Assembly: GCA_049969615.1 (NCBI GenBank)
Contig: JBMFOM010000048.1
Coordinates: 1 to 14,391, forward strand
Source of the DNA: a candidate division WOR-3 bacterium
GTDB lineage: Bacteria > Hydrothermota > Hydrothermia > JBDRYB01
Length of the DNA: 14,391 nucleotides
Direction: 5' to 3'
In this document: positions 1-8,042 of the stretch, piece by piece
Layout of the letters: each line of letters starts with the position of its first letter
How positions within the stretch are numbered: position 1 is the stretch's first letter
Made by a program: the position numbers and the translations under genes
The notes under the pieces: model-generated
Told to the model about the DNA's origin: nothing
Seen by the model: the letters and a program-made list of their open reading frames with translations, nothing else
Databases searched by the model: none

Positions 1-51
1 CGAGAACCCCACAGAATAGTCCTCGTATGTGAATAGGTCTCGCTGAGAACC
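1..51 (+). repeat. Direct repeat copy 1 (51 bp, may extend left of the window)
   Basis: Matches 8983-9033 at 50 of 51 positions (T23 vs G9005). Confidence 0.97.
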
Positions 52-94
52 CCCTCTGAACATGGTGCCAATTTCTCCCGGCCTTTATTCCTCT

Positions 95-119
95 TAAGTC
101 CTTACCTATCAATGACTTA
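95..119. repeat. Short inverted repeat TAAGTC-N13-GACTTA in the IS subterminal region
   Basis: TAAGTC at 95-100 and GACTTA at 114-119 read directly; function unknown. Confidence 0.6.
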
Positions 120-362
120 CGAAAAATGAGGTGTCAAAGTTGGGTCTAACACGGCACAGGGTCGTTGTCAATTGGCCACTGGAAGGTGATGTCTGTATCT
201 CAGAACCGGTTGGTGGTGAATCCTTCCCTGATTTCCGGATGGCTTCCGGCCCATCTCCTCGTTGGTTCTGGTGTCTTGATTGTGTTTATGGACAGATTTT
301 GCGGTGGGTTTTAGAACCTGAATTATCAGGAGGGCCGCGGCCCTGTTGGGTCTCCCAAATAC

Positions 363-392
363 ATGATCATGCGCACACGGTGGGGTTATAAT
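363..392 (+). promoter_or_regulatory. Putative sigma70-type promoter for the GT-C cluster
   Basis: Perfect TATAAT at 387-392; ATGATC at 363-368 with 18-bp spacer; strong similarity to the tRNA promoter at 14056-14084. Confidence 0.55.
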
Positions 393-404
393 ATCAATCC
401 TCAG

Positions 405-1928
405 ATGCACAGAACTGCCTTTTGGCAAATCGGTATCGTGATCCTGCTGGGACTTTGTCTAGGGATCACCGGGTTCATTCTCACTCCGAGGGTACCCGGC
501 GGTTGGGACGCGGTCTCTTATTTTACCATGGCGAGGAACCTAATTGCTGGCCGCGGCATGGTTTCATCCGTATGCTCCGTGACTCCGGCGTGGTTCATGG
601 GTGTTCCTCATCCTGACCTGCACATGCCTGGTTATCCCCTCCTGCTGGCTGGATTCATGTTGCTCACGCGGGTGGGCCTTTGTTCACCATTGCTTCTTGA
701 CGCCCTTCTGATCATAATCACCGCGGTCCTGGTCTATTTCATTATTTGGTTTCGTTCAACACCAGGGTCAGCTCTCCTCGGTTCGTTATCATATCTTTTG
801 TTTCCCACGACGCTGATCTACAGTTTCGTCGGCATGGCTGAGATAGCGGTTGTTTTCTGGATCGTGCTTTCGGTTTTTCTGGCGGGGATTCCGGGTTCGG
901 GCAGATCGCCACTATGCATTCTGGGTTCTGGACTCGCGCTGTTCATGGCCTATGTTACCAGGGAGAGCAGTATATTTATTTTGCCGCTGGTTCTGGCAAT
1001 GCTCGTTGAGCGTGGCGCGAGGCCTTCAAGGGCCATCGCTTTCGGGGTTATTATTGCCACGATTTGCTTTCTATCCTCATTTGTTTATTACTCCCTGTGG
1101 CCAGGTTTCAGGGATGTTCAGACTATATTAAACTATTTTTCTCTCATAAAACACTCAGGTCTTTTCTCGCTGAATCCCTATTTGGACATAATAGGCCCCA
1201 ATGATTTTCCGCGGTTGTCGCCCAGCATGTTTTTCCTGGACATTCTCATAAGAAAACCCATTCGTTGCCTCGCCGAGATATGGCGGGCTGGCGTCTGGTA
1301 TATCACCGCGCTGGATATCCTCGCAGTCCTCTTGCTCGTCATGGCGCCGATTGTGGTCAAGGAGCGCTGGCAAAGGCTCGGTCTGGCTTTCTTTCTGCTC
1401 ATTATCCCTGCATTTTTTATCCTCTATTTTCCCACCTATGACCGCTTTGTGAGGGTTGTGTTCCCGTTTGCCTTGTTGGCCCTCATCTTTCTGATTATCC
1501 GGATAAAGCGCTTTCCCATAAAATACCTCGGCTTGCTGATCCCACTTGTTGGCCTAACCTTTGGGATCCCTGGGGTCTTGGATTACAGGATCGGATACTG
1601 GAATGTGATCAGGGAGTCCGAGAGATTGGAAGCTATGCTCGGCGGAGCCTTGCCACCAGGGCCATTGATCATCGGAATGTCCGGTTCTGCCATTCCCCAA
1701 CATGTGCTTTATGCGCCCGAAGATGTGGTGGTTTCATTTCCGCGCGCCCCAGAGGACGCGGCTCTGTTCCGGGAAAAAATAGATATGAATGTGGTTGTTT
1801 TCACGAAGATTGGCGCGGAGGATGCCAGACTCTATACCCCTGAGGAAATGGATGCGCTGGGCTGGCGAGACAGAACAATTGCCTGCGGTTCTGACACCGT
1901 TGTGATCTACACCAGGAAAGAGAAATGA
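405..1928 (+). CDS. ArnT/PMT-like (GT-C fold) multi-pass membrane glycosyltransferase, paralog A
   Basis: N-terminal TM followed by the acidic loop motif WDAVSYFTMARNL, then HMPGYPLLLA, MAE and TRE motifs, many TM helices and a soluble C-terminal domain. Start placed at ATG 405 because TATAAT at 387-392 lies inside the longer ORF that begins at 363. Confidence 0.8.
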   Translation: MHRTAFWQIGIVILLGLCLGITGFILTPRVPGGWDAVSYFTMARNLIAGRGMVSSVCSVTPAWFMGVPHPDLHMPGYPLLLAGFMLLTRVGLCSPLLLDALLIIITAVLVYFIIWFRSTPGSALLGSLSYLLFPTTLIYSFVGMAEIAVVFWIVLSVFLAGIPGSGRSPLCILGSGLALFMAYVTRESSIFILPLVLAMLVERGARPSRAIAFGVIIATICFLSSFVYYSLWPGFRDVQTILNYFSLIKHSGLFSLNPYLDIIGPNDFPRLSPSMFFLDILIRKPIRCLAEIWRAGVWYITALDILAVLLLVMAPIVVKERWQRLGLAFFLLIIPAFFILYFPTYDRFVRVVFPFALLALIFLIIRIKRFPIKYLGLLIPLVGLTFGIPGVLDYRIGYWNVIRESERLEAMLGGALPPGPLIIGMSGSAIPQHVLYAPEDVVVSFPRAPEDAALFREKIDMNVVVFTKIGAEDARLYTPEEMDALGWRDRTIACGSDTVVIYTRKEK

Positions 1929-3406
1929 GAAACCCCACGATCAGGCACATCACGCTCATTTGTTTCATTGGCATTGGGATTGGGATTGCTGGATTTATCC
2001 TATTTCCCAAGATACCCGTCCTCTCGGATTCTATTGGCTATTTTACTGTGGCTCGTAACCTTTTGCTGGCCAAGGGTTTGGTTTCCTCCTATGTCGGGCC
2101 AAACGAGGCCTTTATCATGGGGCTTCCCTGTCCTGATATTCACATGCCAGGCTGGCCGCTCTTGGTTGCGGGTTTCATGTTCATAACGAGAACGGGGCTT
2201 TATGCGCCTCTGATCTTAAACATCCTTTTGACCGTATCTTCAGCGCTAATTTTTTATTTCACGGTCAGGCTGTGGTCTGATACGCGGAGGGCGCTGGTCA
2301 GCTCCCTCTTTTTTCTGTTGTTCCCGTTAATCCTTGGCTACGAGTTCACCGCGCTCTCTGAGATCAGCCTGGTTTTCTGGTCCCTGCTCGCTGTCTTTCT
2401 TGCCTCGGCCTCAAATCCAAAAAGGGCAGTCCTGTGGTTGGCGGCAATTGGGTTGGTGTATTCTCTCGCTTTCTGCACCAGACAAACCTCCATTCTCTTG
2501 GTTCCACTTATTTCACTGATCCTCGCCGAAAATGGTTTCTCAAGAATACATGCCGTTTGTTTCGGGCTGACCCTCGTGCTCGTCTCGGCCCTGGCTAATC
2601 TCGCATATTCCAGCGTGGATTCCCTGCGTGAGGCTCAGAGCCTCTTGTTCAGGTATGATTTGCTTTTGCATACCGGGTTTCTCAAGGTTAGCTTCAACCG
2701 GGCCATACTAACGCCTCAGGATCTAAGTCCAGATGTCCCTTTGATCCACCTGATATGGGCCGTTCTGCTCAAAAAACCCGTTCGGATGCTGGCCTCCTAC
2801 ATTGCCCCGGAAAGCATCTGGCACCTTGAGAACCTGATGAAATTGCTTGTGGTTGTCGTGCTCGCGGGAGGCCCATTTTTCGTTCCCAGAAAGCGGATAA
2901 GGTGGGGATTGCTGGCTTTCGCCTCCCTCTTTCTAATGGCCCTCTGGCTCTACAGGTTTGAGGCCAGGCAATTCATTGCCCTTTCGGCTGTTACCATTTG
3001 CTTTGTTTTCGCCCTCGCCCGTGATTTGCGTATGAGACCCTGGCTGATCCGGGTTATTTTCTCGGCTTGGGTTATTCTTGGGGTGTTCTATACGCTGGAG
3101 CTCCAGCGAGAACGCATCGCGGTTTATCGCGCGGAGAGGGATGTGGCCCCTGTTGTGGCCGGATTATTGCCGCCCTGCTCCAAGGTCTCTGTTGGATACC
3201 CAAGCACGATTGCCCTCTACAGGTCAGACATATCCGTGGTGACCATACCGGAGGGCACGGATGATCTCGCGCTCCTGAGCGAGAAACCGGGTCTTGACGC
3301 TATGATTCTCTCTGCTCCCGAACCAGAAATAGTTTCTTGGGGGTGGTCTGAGGAAACGCTAATTTTGAATTCAGACACCCTGTTTGTCTACAGGAGGATC
3401 AGATGA
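1925..3406 (+). CDS. ArnT/PMT-like (GT-C fold) multi-pass membrane glycosyltransferase, paralog B
   Basis: SDSIGYFTVARNL, HMPGWPLLVA, LSE and TRQ motifs align with the upstream gene; ATGA overlap at 1925-1928. Confidence 0.8.
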   Translation: MRNPTIRHITLICFIGIGIGIAGFILFPKIPVLSDSIGYFTVARNLLLAKGLVSSYVGPNEAFIMGLPCPDIHMPGWPLLVAGFMFITRTGLYAPLILNILLTVSSALIFYFTVRLWSDTRRALVSSLFFLLFPLILGYEFTALSEISLVFWSLLAVFLASASNPKRAVLWLAAIGLVYSLAFCTRQTSILLVPLISLILAENGFSRIHAVCFGLTLVLVSALANLAYSSVDSLREAQSLLFRYDLLLHTGFLKVSFNRAILTPQDLSPDVPLIHLIWAVLLKKPVRMLASYIAPESIWHLENLMKLLVVVVLAGGPFFVPRKRIRWGLLAFASLFLMALWLYRFEARQFIALSAVTICFVFALARDLRMRPWLIRVIFSAWVILGVFYTLELQRERIAVYRAERDVAPVVAGLLPPCSKVSVGYPSTIALYRSDISVVTIPEGTDDLALLSEKPGLDAMILSAPEPEIVSWGWSEETLILNSDTLFVYRRIR

Positions 3407-5262
3407 ACATATCCCTTTTTCTCTCAACCCTTCAATATACCCTTCTGGCTCTCGTCCTTTTGCCCCTGGCTCACATCCCAATAGGCATCCCCCTGTTCCT
3501 CGCCGGAAAAGAAAAACGAGAAACCGGGCCGTGGGTTCTGGCTGGTTCCCTGGCTGTTGGCCAGGTTCTCCTCGCCGCAATAACATACCTGCTATACATT
3601 TGCGGCCTCCGTTTCCCGACCCTCGGATTCGTGACAGCCGGGACCCTCCTGCCCCTCTGGTTCTGGGGGATTTATTTGCTGATAAGAAATCCCCTGAGGC
3701 CAGGAGGATCTGGTTGGTTTCTCTGCGGTCTGGTTATTACCGGAGGGTTTCTGCTAGGCTATTCAATAAAGGGCATTGTTTGGGACGATTGTTACCATTT
3801 CTCAAAGGTAGCCAGCATCCTGATTGGCGATCACCCCTATTTTTTCCCTGGTGGCACCAGGGGTTTCTTGGGAGCCTATCACTTCGGGTGTGATTTTCTG
3901 ACCTCATTCTGGGCCTGGGCCCTGTTGAAGTGGAGGCCGTGGATTATCCTGAATGCCATCTGTTTCTGGAGCGCGCTCTCTGCTTACATACTCTTCCGAA
4001 AATTCGCGAGGGGATTTCTCTCCGATCCCTGGGCCAGCGTCCTGCCATTTCTCGCATTCTGGCTTGGCGAGTGGTATGCCCCTTATGGACTTTGGGATAT
4101 GCTCGCGCACGGACGAGGCTGGTCTGCCCTTGATATGAATTGTTACAACACATCTTTTTTCGGTTATTTCTTCCAACCACCCATGTCTTTCGGGATGCCG
4201 CTCCTCCTCGCCGCGCTCTGTCTCGCTGAGGAAAGACGTTTCTGGCGAGCTGGGGTCATAGCCGGACCACTGCTCCTGGCCAACCAGGCCCTTTTCGTTT
4301 TCTGGGCGGGATACACGACCCTCTCCGGCCTAATAAGGGAAAGGGCTTATCTCAGGGTTCTGGCTATTGGCCTTATCCTTGCTGTTCCCTTCCTACCGCA
4401 CCTAACCGCGAGGGAGTTCTCAAACACGACATCCTTTGCGTTTGGTTTTCCGATACTCTGGTTGATGAGGGTATGGGAACCATATCCAGCCACGTTCCCT
4501 CTGGCATACATCCTCTTCTTCTTCCCCACCCTGCCCCTTTACATTCACGGGGTCTGGCTTTCCGTGCGAGACAGCAACAGCAGACGCCTGTTCTTGCCCC
4601 TGGTTCTTATAACCTGCCTCGCCTTCATATCCCCGCATTTCGTAAGATATATTCACACCGAAGACTTCTTCAAGTTCCTCATGCTCTGGGGCGTATTTGG
4701 CCTTCCCTTGGCGTTGTTGAGCGCGGGATACCTCTGGCAAAGGGCGAGAATATGGAGATGGGTGATTGTTCTTTCGTTTGTGCCAGGTCTGCTGTCATAC
4801 ATCGCCGGATTCTCTCTGGCTTCTCTCCGAACCAGGCGCCTCATGGGTTGGGAAAAGCTCAGGCCGGATATACTCATGGTTAACGAGGCCTTGAGGGGCA
4901 AGCGCGGCGTTCTGGTTCTATTTCCCCCGGATGTCCCTTGGTTTTTCGGCGTCAAATCCTATATCTCCATCTCTGGCGATACAGTCCTGTGCTCCTTTGA
5001 CATCAAGATGGCCAAATACAACCAGATGATTCTCAGTGGCGCCGGAATCCCTTTTTATCCATCCGGTATCATATACGGCAAAGCCGTGCTGGATTACCAG
5101 CCGCTTGACAAAATATGGGCATCCCCTGAAGAGATACCGGATTCTCTCCTGGAGGCCCTGAATGTTAGGTTCCTGGCCCTGCCCTCTGGAATGCCCCAAC
5201 CGGCAATAGCTGGCGAGCCGCTTGTCAGCACAGACAAAATGACGATATATCCCATTCGTTAG
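3403..5262 (+). CDS. Multi-pass membrane protein, probable divergent GT-C glycosyltransferase
   Basis: 619 aa, many TM segments, loop motif WDDCYHFSKVASI followed by YHFGCDFL, soluble C-terminal domain; ATGA overlap at 3403-3406. The CDS is well supported; the function is inferred. Confidence 0.65.
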   Translation: MNISLFLSTLQYTLLALVLLPLAHIPIGIPLFLAGKEKRETGPWVLAGSLAVGQVLLAAITYLLYICGLRFPTLGFVTAGTLLPLWFWGIYLLIRNPLRPGGSGWFLCGLVITGGFLLGYSIKGIVWDDCYHFSKVASILIGDHPYFFPGGTRGFLGAYHFGCDFLTSFWAWALLKWRPWIILNAICFWSALSAYILFRKFARGFLSDPWASVLPFLAFWLGEWYAPYGLWDMLAHGRGWSALDMNCYNTSFFGYFFQPPMSFGMPLLLAALCLAEERRFWRAGVIAGPLLLANQALFVFWAGYTTLSGLIRERAYLRVLAIGLILAVPFLPHLTAREFSNTTSFAFGFPILWLMRVWEPYPATFPLAYILFFFPTLPLYIHGVWLSVRDSNSRRLFLPLVLITCLAFISPHFVRYIHTEDFFKFLMLWGVFGLPLALLSAGYLWQRARIWRWVIVLSFVPGLLSYIAGFSLASLRTRRLMGWEKLRPDILMVNEALRGKRGVLVLFPPDVPWFFGVKSYISISGDTVLCSFDIKMAKYNQMILSGAGIPFYPSGIIYGKAVLDYQPLDKIWASPEEIPDSLLEALNVRFLALPSGMPQPAIAGEPLVSTDKMTIYPIR

Positions 5263-5295
5263 TCCTTGCGCCGGATCGGCTCAAGGCCTGAAAAT

Positions 5296-5496
5296 ATGGC
5301 CATGAACATCGGTCTGCCGGAGATTCTCCTTATTCTCCTTCTTATCATTCTCCTTTTCGGCGCGAAGAAACTGCCGGACCTCGCACGTAGCCTGGGCGAG
5401 GCTCTCAGAGAATTCCGAAAAGCCCAGAAAGAGGGGAAGGCGGTTGACCAGGGAGAGGAGGCAAACAATGGAGAGGATAAGGAAGGCAGGGGATAA
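5296..5496 (+). CDS. tatA: Twin-arginine translocase TatA/TatE subunit
   Basis: MNIGLPEILLILLLIILLFGAKKLPDLARSLGEALREFRKA shows the TatA TM helix, FGxxKLP hinge and amphipathic helix. Start is ATG 5296 or 5302. Confidence 0.93.
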   Translation: MAMNIGLPEILLILLLIILLFGAKKLPDLARSLGEALREFRKAQKEGKAVDQGEEANNGEDKEGRG

Positions 5497-6820
5497 GGCC
5501 CTCTTTTCCCATTTCCTCCCATACATAGTCGCGGTTCTGCTCGTTCTAGCCTTGGAGTTCCTTTACTTTGGGACGGGGCTTCCTCTGGCCATGATGATAT
5601 TTCTGATAGCGGCCGTCCTCGCGATTGTCGTATTCCTTGTCAGGCCATATTTGGCGATTCTCGCTCTGTTTGTCATAAAGCCAATTTTGGACATGATGTG
5701 GGGCGTGAACGTAGCCGGCTGGAAGGGGACCCACATCATTGGCGCACTCGGACCATTCCTGTGGGGATTCGGCATGATATATTTCAAGATATTCCCCATG
5801 GGATACAGGCTTGGCAGGATCATGATCTTCTGGGGGGCGTGTTGCCTGCTTCCCCTTATTCTCATACCCTTTTCCTGGGGCTGGGATCCCGGCTCCATCC
5901 CGATTGGGTTGGACTTCTCTCTCAGGTTCATAAATGGTTGGGGATTCTTTTTCCTCATCCCCTTTTTGGTAAGGGACAAAAGGGATTTCAACCTGTTCAT
6001 ATATGCGTGGCTGGCCTCCACCGTGATTCCTGCCCTTTTCGGACTCTATTATCTCCTAACAGGCAATCCAAATGGATTCCAGATCACTGCTGGCTGGTGG
6101 AGGATAGCTGGCCCCTATCACGACGCGGCCGCTTTCATGACAGAAATAAGCCCTGCCCTCCCCATAATGCTTTACCTGGCCTCCGGGGTTGGCAAATGGT
6201 GGAAAAGGGCCCTCTGGCTCATCCCAATATGCGCTTGGTTCATTCTTGTTTTCAACGCATATACTAGGTCGTTCTGGTTTGCCACCTCTATTGTGCTGCT
6301 CCTTTGGATATTCACGAGGCTGTGGGAACCATCCGTTGTCGCCGCGGCAGGTGCGGTTTATAAGTGGCCTTTGATATGGAAACGGCTAACAACCGCCGGT
6401 ATAGAGGAGGTGAAATCAGCCTATGCCATGGGCGGCAGGGTCGGGCTATGGAAGGATTTCTGGGTGGCTTTCAAACAATCCAGCATCCTGGACAAGATAC
6501 TCGGCAGGTGGGCTGGCATAAAGGGATTCGGTAGCATCCTGGACTTCCATAACCAATATATCCTGACAACTGCTAACATGGGCATCATTGGTTTGCTGGC
6601 AAATATCCTGCTCCTCATGGGATTCCTTCATCACCTGATAAAGGATATGTTCGTCCGCCCAGCCTGGCGCAGGGAGTGCCTTTTGGGTCTTTCTGTTCTG
6701 GCCATGGCTGTCGTGCTCTCGTTTTCCGGAAAATTCCTCATGGTCCCCAACAACCAATGGTTCCTTTTTGGGTTCATGGGCCTGATAATCAACTGGAACA
6801 TAAAGCGAAATGAGCCGTAA
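5468..6820 (+). CDS. O-antigen ligase / Wzy_C family membrane protein
   Basis: Motifs RIAGPYHDAAAF, YTRS, GRVGLW and DFHNQYILTTANMGIIGL (the HN.Y...G..G motif). GAGGAGG ribosome binding site at 5455-5461 before ATG 5468. Confidence 0.85.
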   Translation: MERIRKAGDKALFSHFLPYIVAVLLVLALEFLYFGTGLPLAMMIFLIAAVLAIVVFLVRPYLAILALFVIKPILDMMWGVNVAGWKGTHIIGALGPFLWGFGMIYFKIFPMGYRLGRIMIFWGACCLLPLILIPFSWGWDPGSIPIGLDFSLRFINGWGFFFLIPFLVRDKRDFNLFIYAWLASTVIPALFGLYYLLTGNPNGFQITAGWWRIAGPYHDAAAFMTEISPALPIMLYLASGVGKWWKRALWLIPICAWFILVFNAYTRSFWFATSIVLLLWIFTRLWEPSVVAAAGAVYKWPLIWKRLTTAGIEEVKSAYAMGGRVGLWKDFWVAFKQSSILDKILGRWAGIKGFGSILDFHNQYILTTANMGIIGLLANILLLMGFLHHLIKDMFVRPAWRRECLLGLSVLAMAVVLSFSGKFLMVPNNQWFLFGFMGLIINWNIKRNEP

Positions 6821-8042
6821 GCACGAGTACCTTTTGTTAGCCGGTATCGTTCTTCTGGGACTGATTGTGCGGGCTTTGGCTATGCTTTTTGCGCCCCACA
6901 CGCCGTCCAGTGCAGACGAGGGGTTGTATTACAGAGCTGCTCTTGAATTACTGGAAGGGGGTTTCTTTCAATTCTTTCAAACCTTCTCAGAACGTCCACC
7001 TCTATATCCGATTTTCATTGCCCTTTGTATCAAAGCGTTCGGTAGCGTTTTCTCCGTGTTGTGGGTTCAGGCTTTCCTCTCTGCCTCTTGGCCGTTTATT
7101 CTGTGGGGTATGGGGAAAAGGTTAGGGCTTAATAAGGTCATGGCACTCTTTGTTGCTTTGGTTGCGGCTGTTTTCCCACCTTTTATCCTTTATGCTACCA
7201 GATCTTGGTTGGCCGAAACCGTATTTACCACACTCATTCTCATGGGATTTTGGATCTCGCTGTTGGACTTCGGGTTTTGGTCAGGACTCATCTGGGGGAT
7301 ATCCTCTCTTTTTAGAGCTCCCGCTTCCCTTCTGGCTCTAGGATACCCTTTAGCTAACATCAAGCATTATAGGTTGTCGGCTTTATTTCTTTTGGGATTC
7401 ATTCCCCTACCAGTGTCTTTTTTTCTCTTGAACTATTTTTCAGGAAGGGAGTCCTTACCTTACGATGCGTATGCAAAAACAGGGATGGTGGAAGCTATCA
7501 AGTGGGCCAACGGTCCATGCGCTGAGGGGACCCAGGTTTACGCTGGGTTGATTGAAGCTCCAGAGGGAGCCGATTGCAATGATATCCTCTGGCGTTTGAA
7601 AAGACCTCATACAATACCTGTTCTCATGCTCAAGAAGGCTGGCTACCTCACTTTGCCTTACAGGGCGGTAAAGCTTAGAGAAATAGCCTTAGGGCCGTGG
7701 CCCTCTAAGATGCTCACATTGTTTTTTGTGGTTGTTCCCGATGCATTATTTTTTTTCTTGGGCGGCTTCTATCTAACATTTATTGGGATACGCAGAAGAA
7801 AGACCTTTCCGATGTCCTGGGCTTGGTTATCAACCCTGGGACTTGCTTTGCTCTTTCTCGCGGTTCCCAGACATCTGTTCCCAATCACGCCTATTTTTAT
7901 CTTGGGCACATTCCTTCTACTATACGAAAAACCCCCTGTTCGTTGGTGGATGCTGGTAAGCTGGAGCGTTTTTCTGATCCTACTTGTCTTTGCGTGGATT
8001 TTCTGGTGTATTCCCTTCTATGCCCATCACCCATTAAGATGA
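6810..8042 (+). CDS. ArnT/PMT-like (GT-C fold) membrane glycosyltransferase
   Basis: TM1 followed by SADEGLYY, then ERPPLYPIFIA, LAE and late VPRH motifs; overlaps the previous gene by 11 bp. Confidence 0.8.
   Translation: MSRKHEYLLLAGIVLLGLIVRALAMLFAPHTPSSADEGLYYRAALELLEGGFFQFFQTFSERPPLYPIFIALCIKAFGSVFSVLWVQAFLSASWPFILWGMGKRLGLNKVMALFVALVAAVFPPFILYATRSWLAETVFTTLILMGFWISLLDFGFWSGLIWGISSLFRAPASLLALGYPLANIKHYRLSALFLLGFIPLPVSFFLLNYFSGRESLPYDAYAKTGMVEAIKWANGPCAEGTQVYAGLIEAPEGADCNDILWRLKRPHTIPVLMLKKAGYLTLPYRAVKLREIALGPWPSKMLTLFFVVVPDALFFFLGGFYLTFIGIRRRKTFPMSWAWLSTLGLALLFLAVPRHLFPITPIFILGTFLLLYEKPPVRWWMLVSWSVFLILLVFAWIFWCIPFYAHHPLR

Larger units (their letters stand above)
1..144 (+). mobile_element. 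Right end of an IS1634-like insertion sequence (truncated by the window edge)
   Basis: 1-36 encode REPHRIVLVCE*, nearly identical to the end of the transposase-like frame at 8791-9018 (REPHRIVRVCE*). A non-coding tail follows, containing TAAGTC-N13-GACTTA and ending GTGTCAAAGTTGGG (131-144), which resembles IS1634-family right ends as I recall them. The exact terminus is inferred. Confidence 0.6.

Noticed and set aside
131-428. ORFs 131..391 (+) and 168..428 (-), and a - strand peptide DITFQWPIDNDPV faintly like the RmlC C-terminus
   Set aside because: The ORFs overlap the IS end, the predicted promoter or the first gene and show no recognisable motifs; the RmlC resemblance is too short and is bounded by stops. 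A truncated gene fragment cannot be excluded without BLASTX.
5266-5467. Longer starts for tatA (5266) and the ligase-like gene (5444)
   Set aside because: TatA similarity starts at Met 5296/5302, and ATG 5468 has a strong GAGGAGG site.
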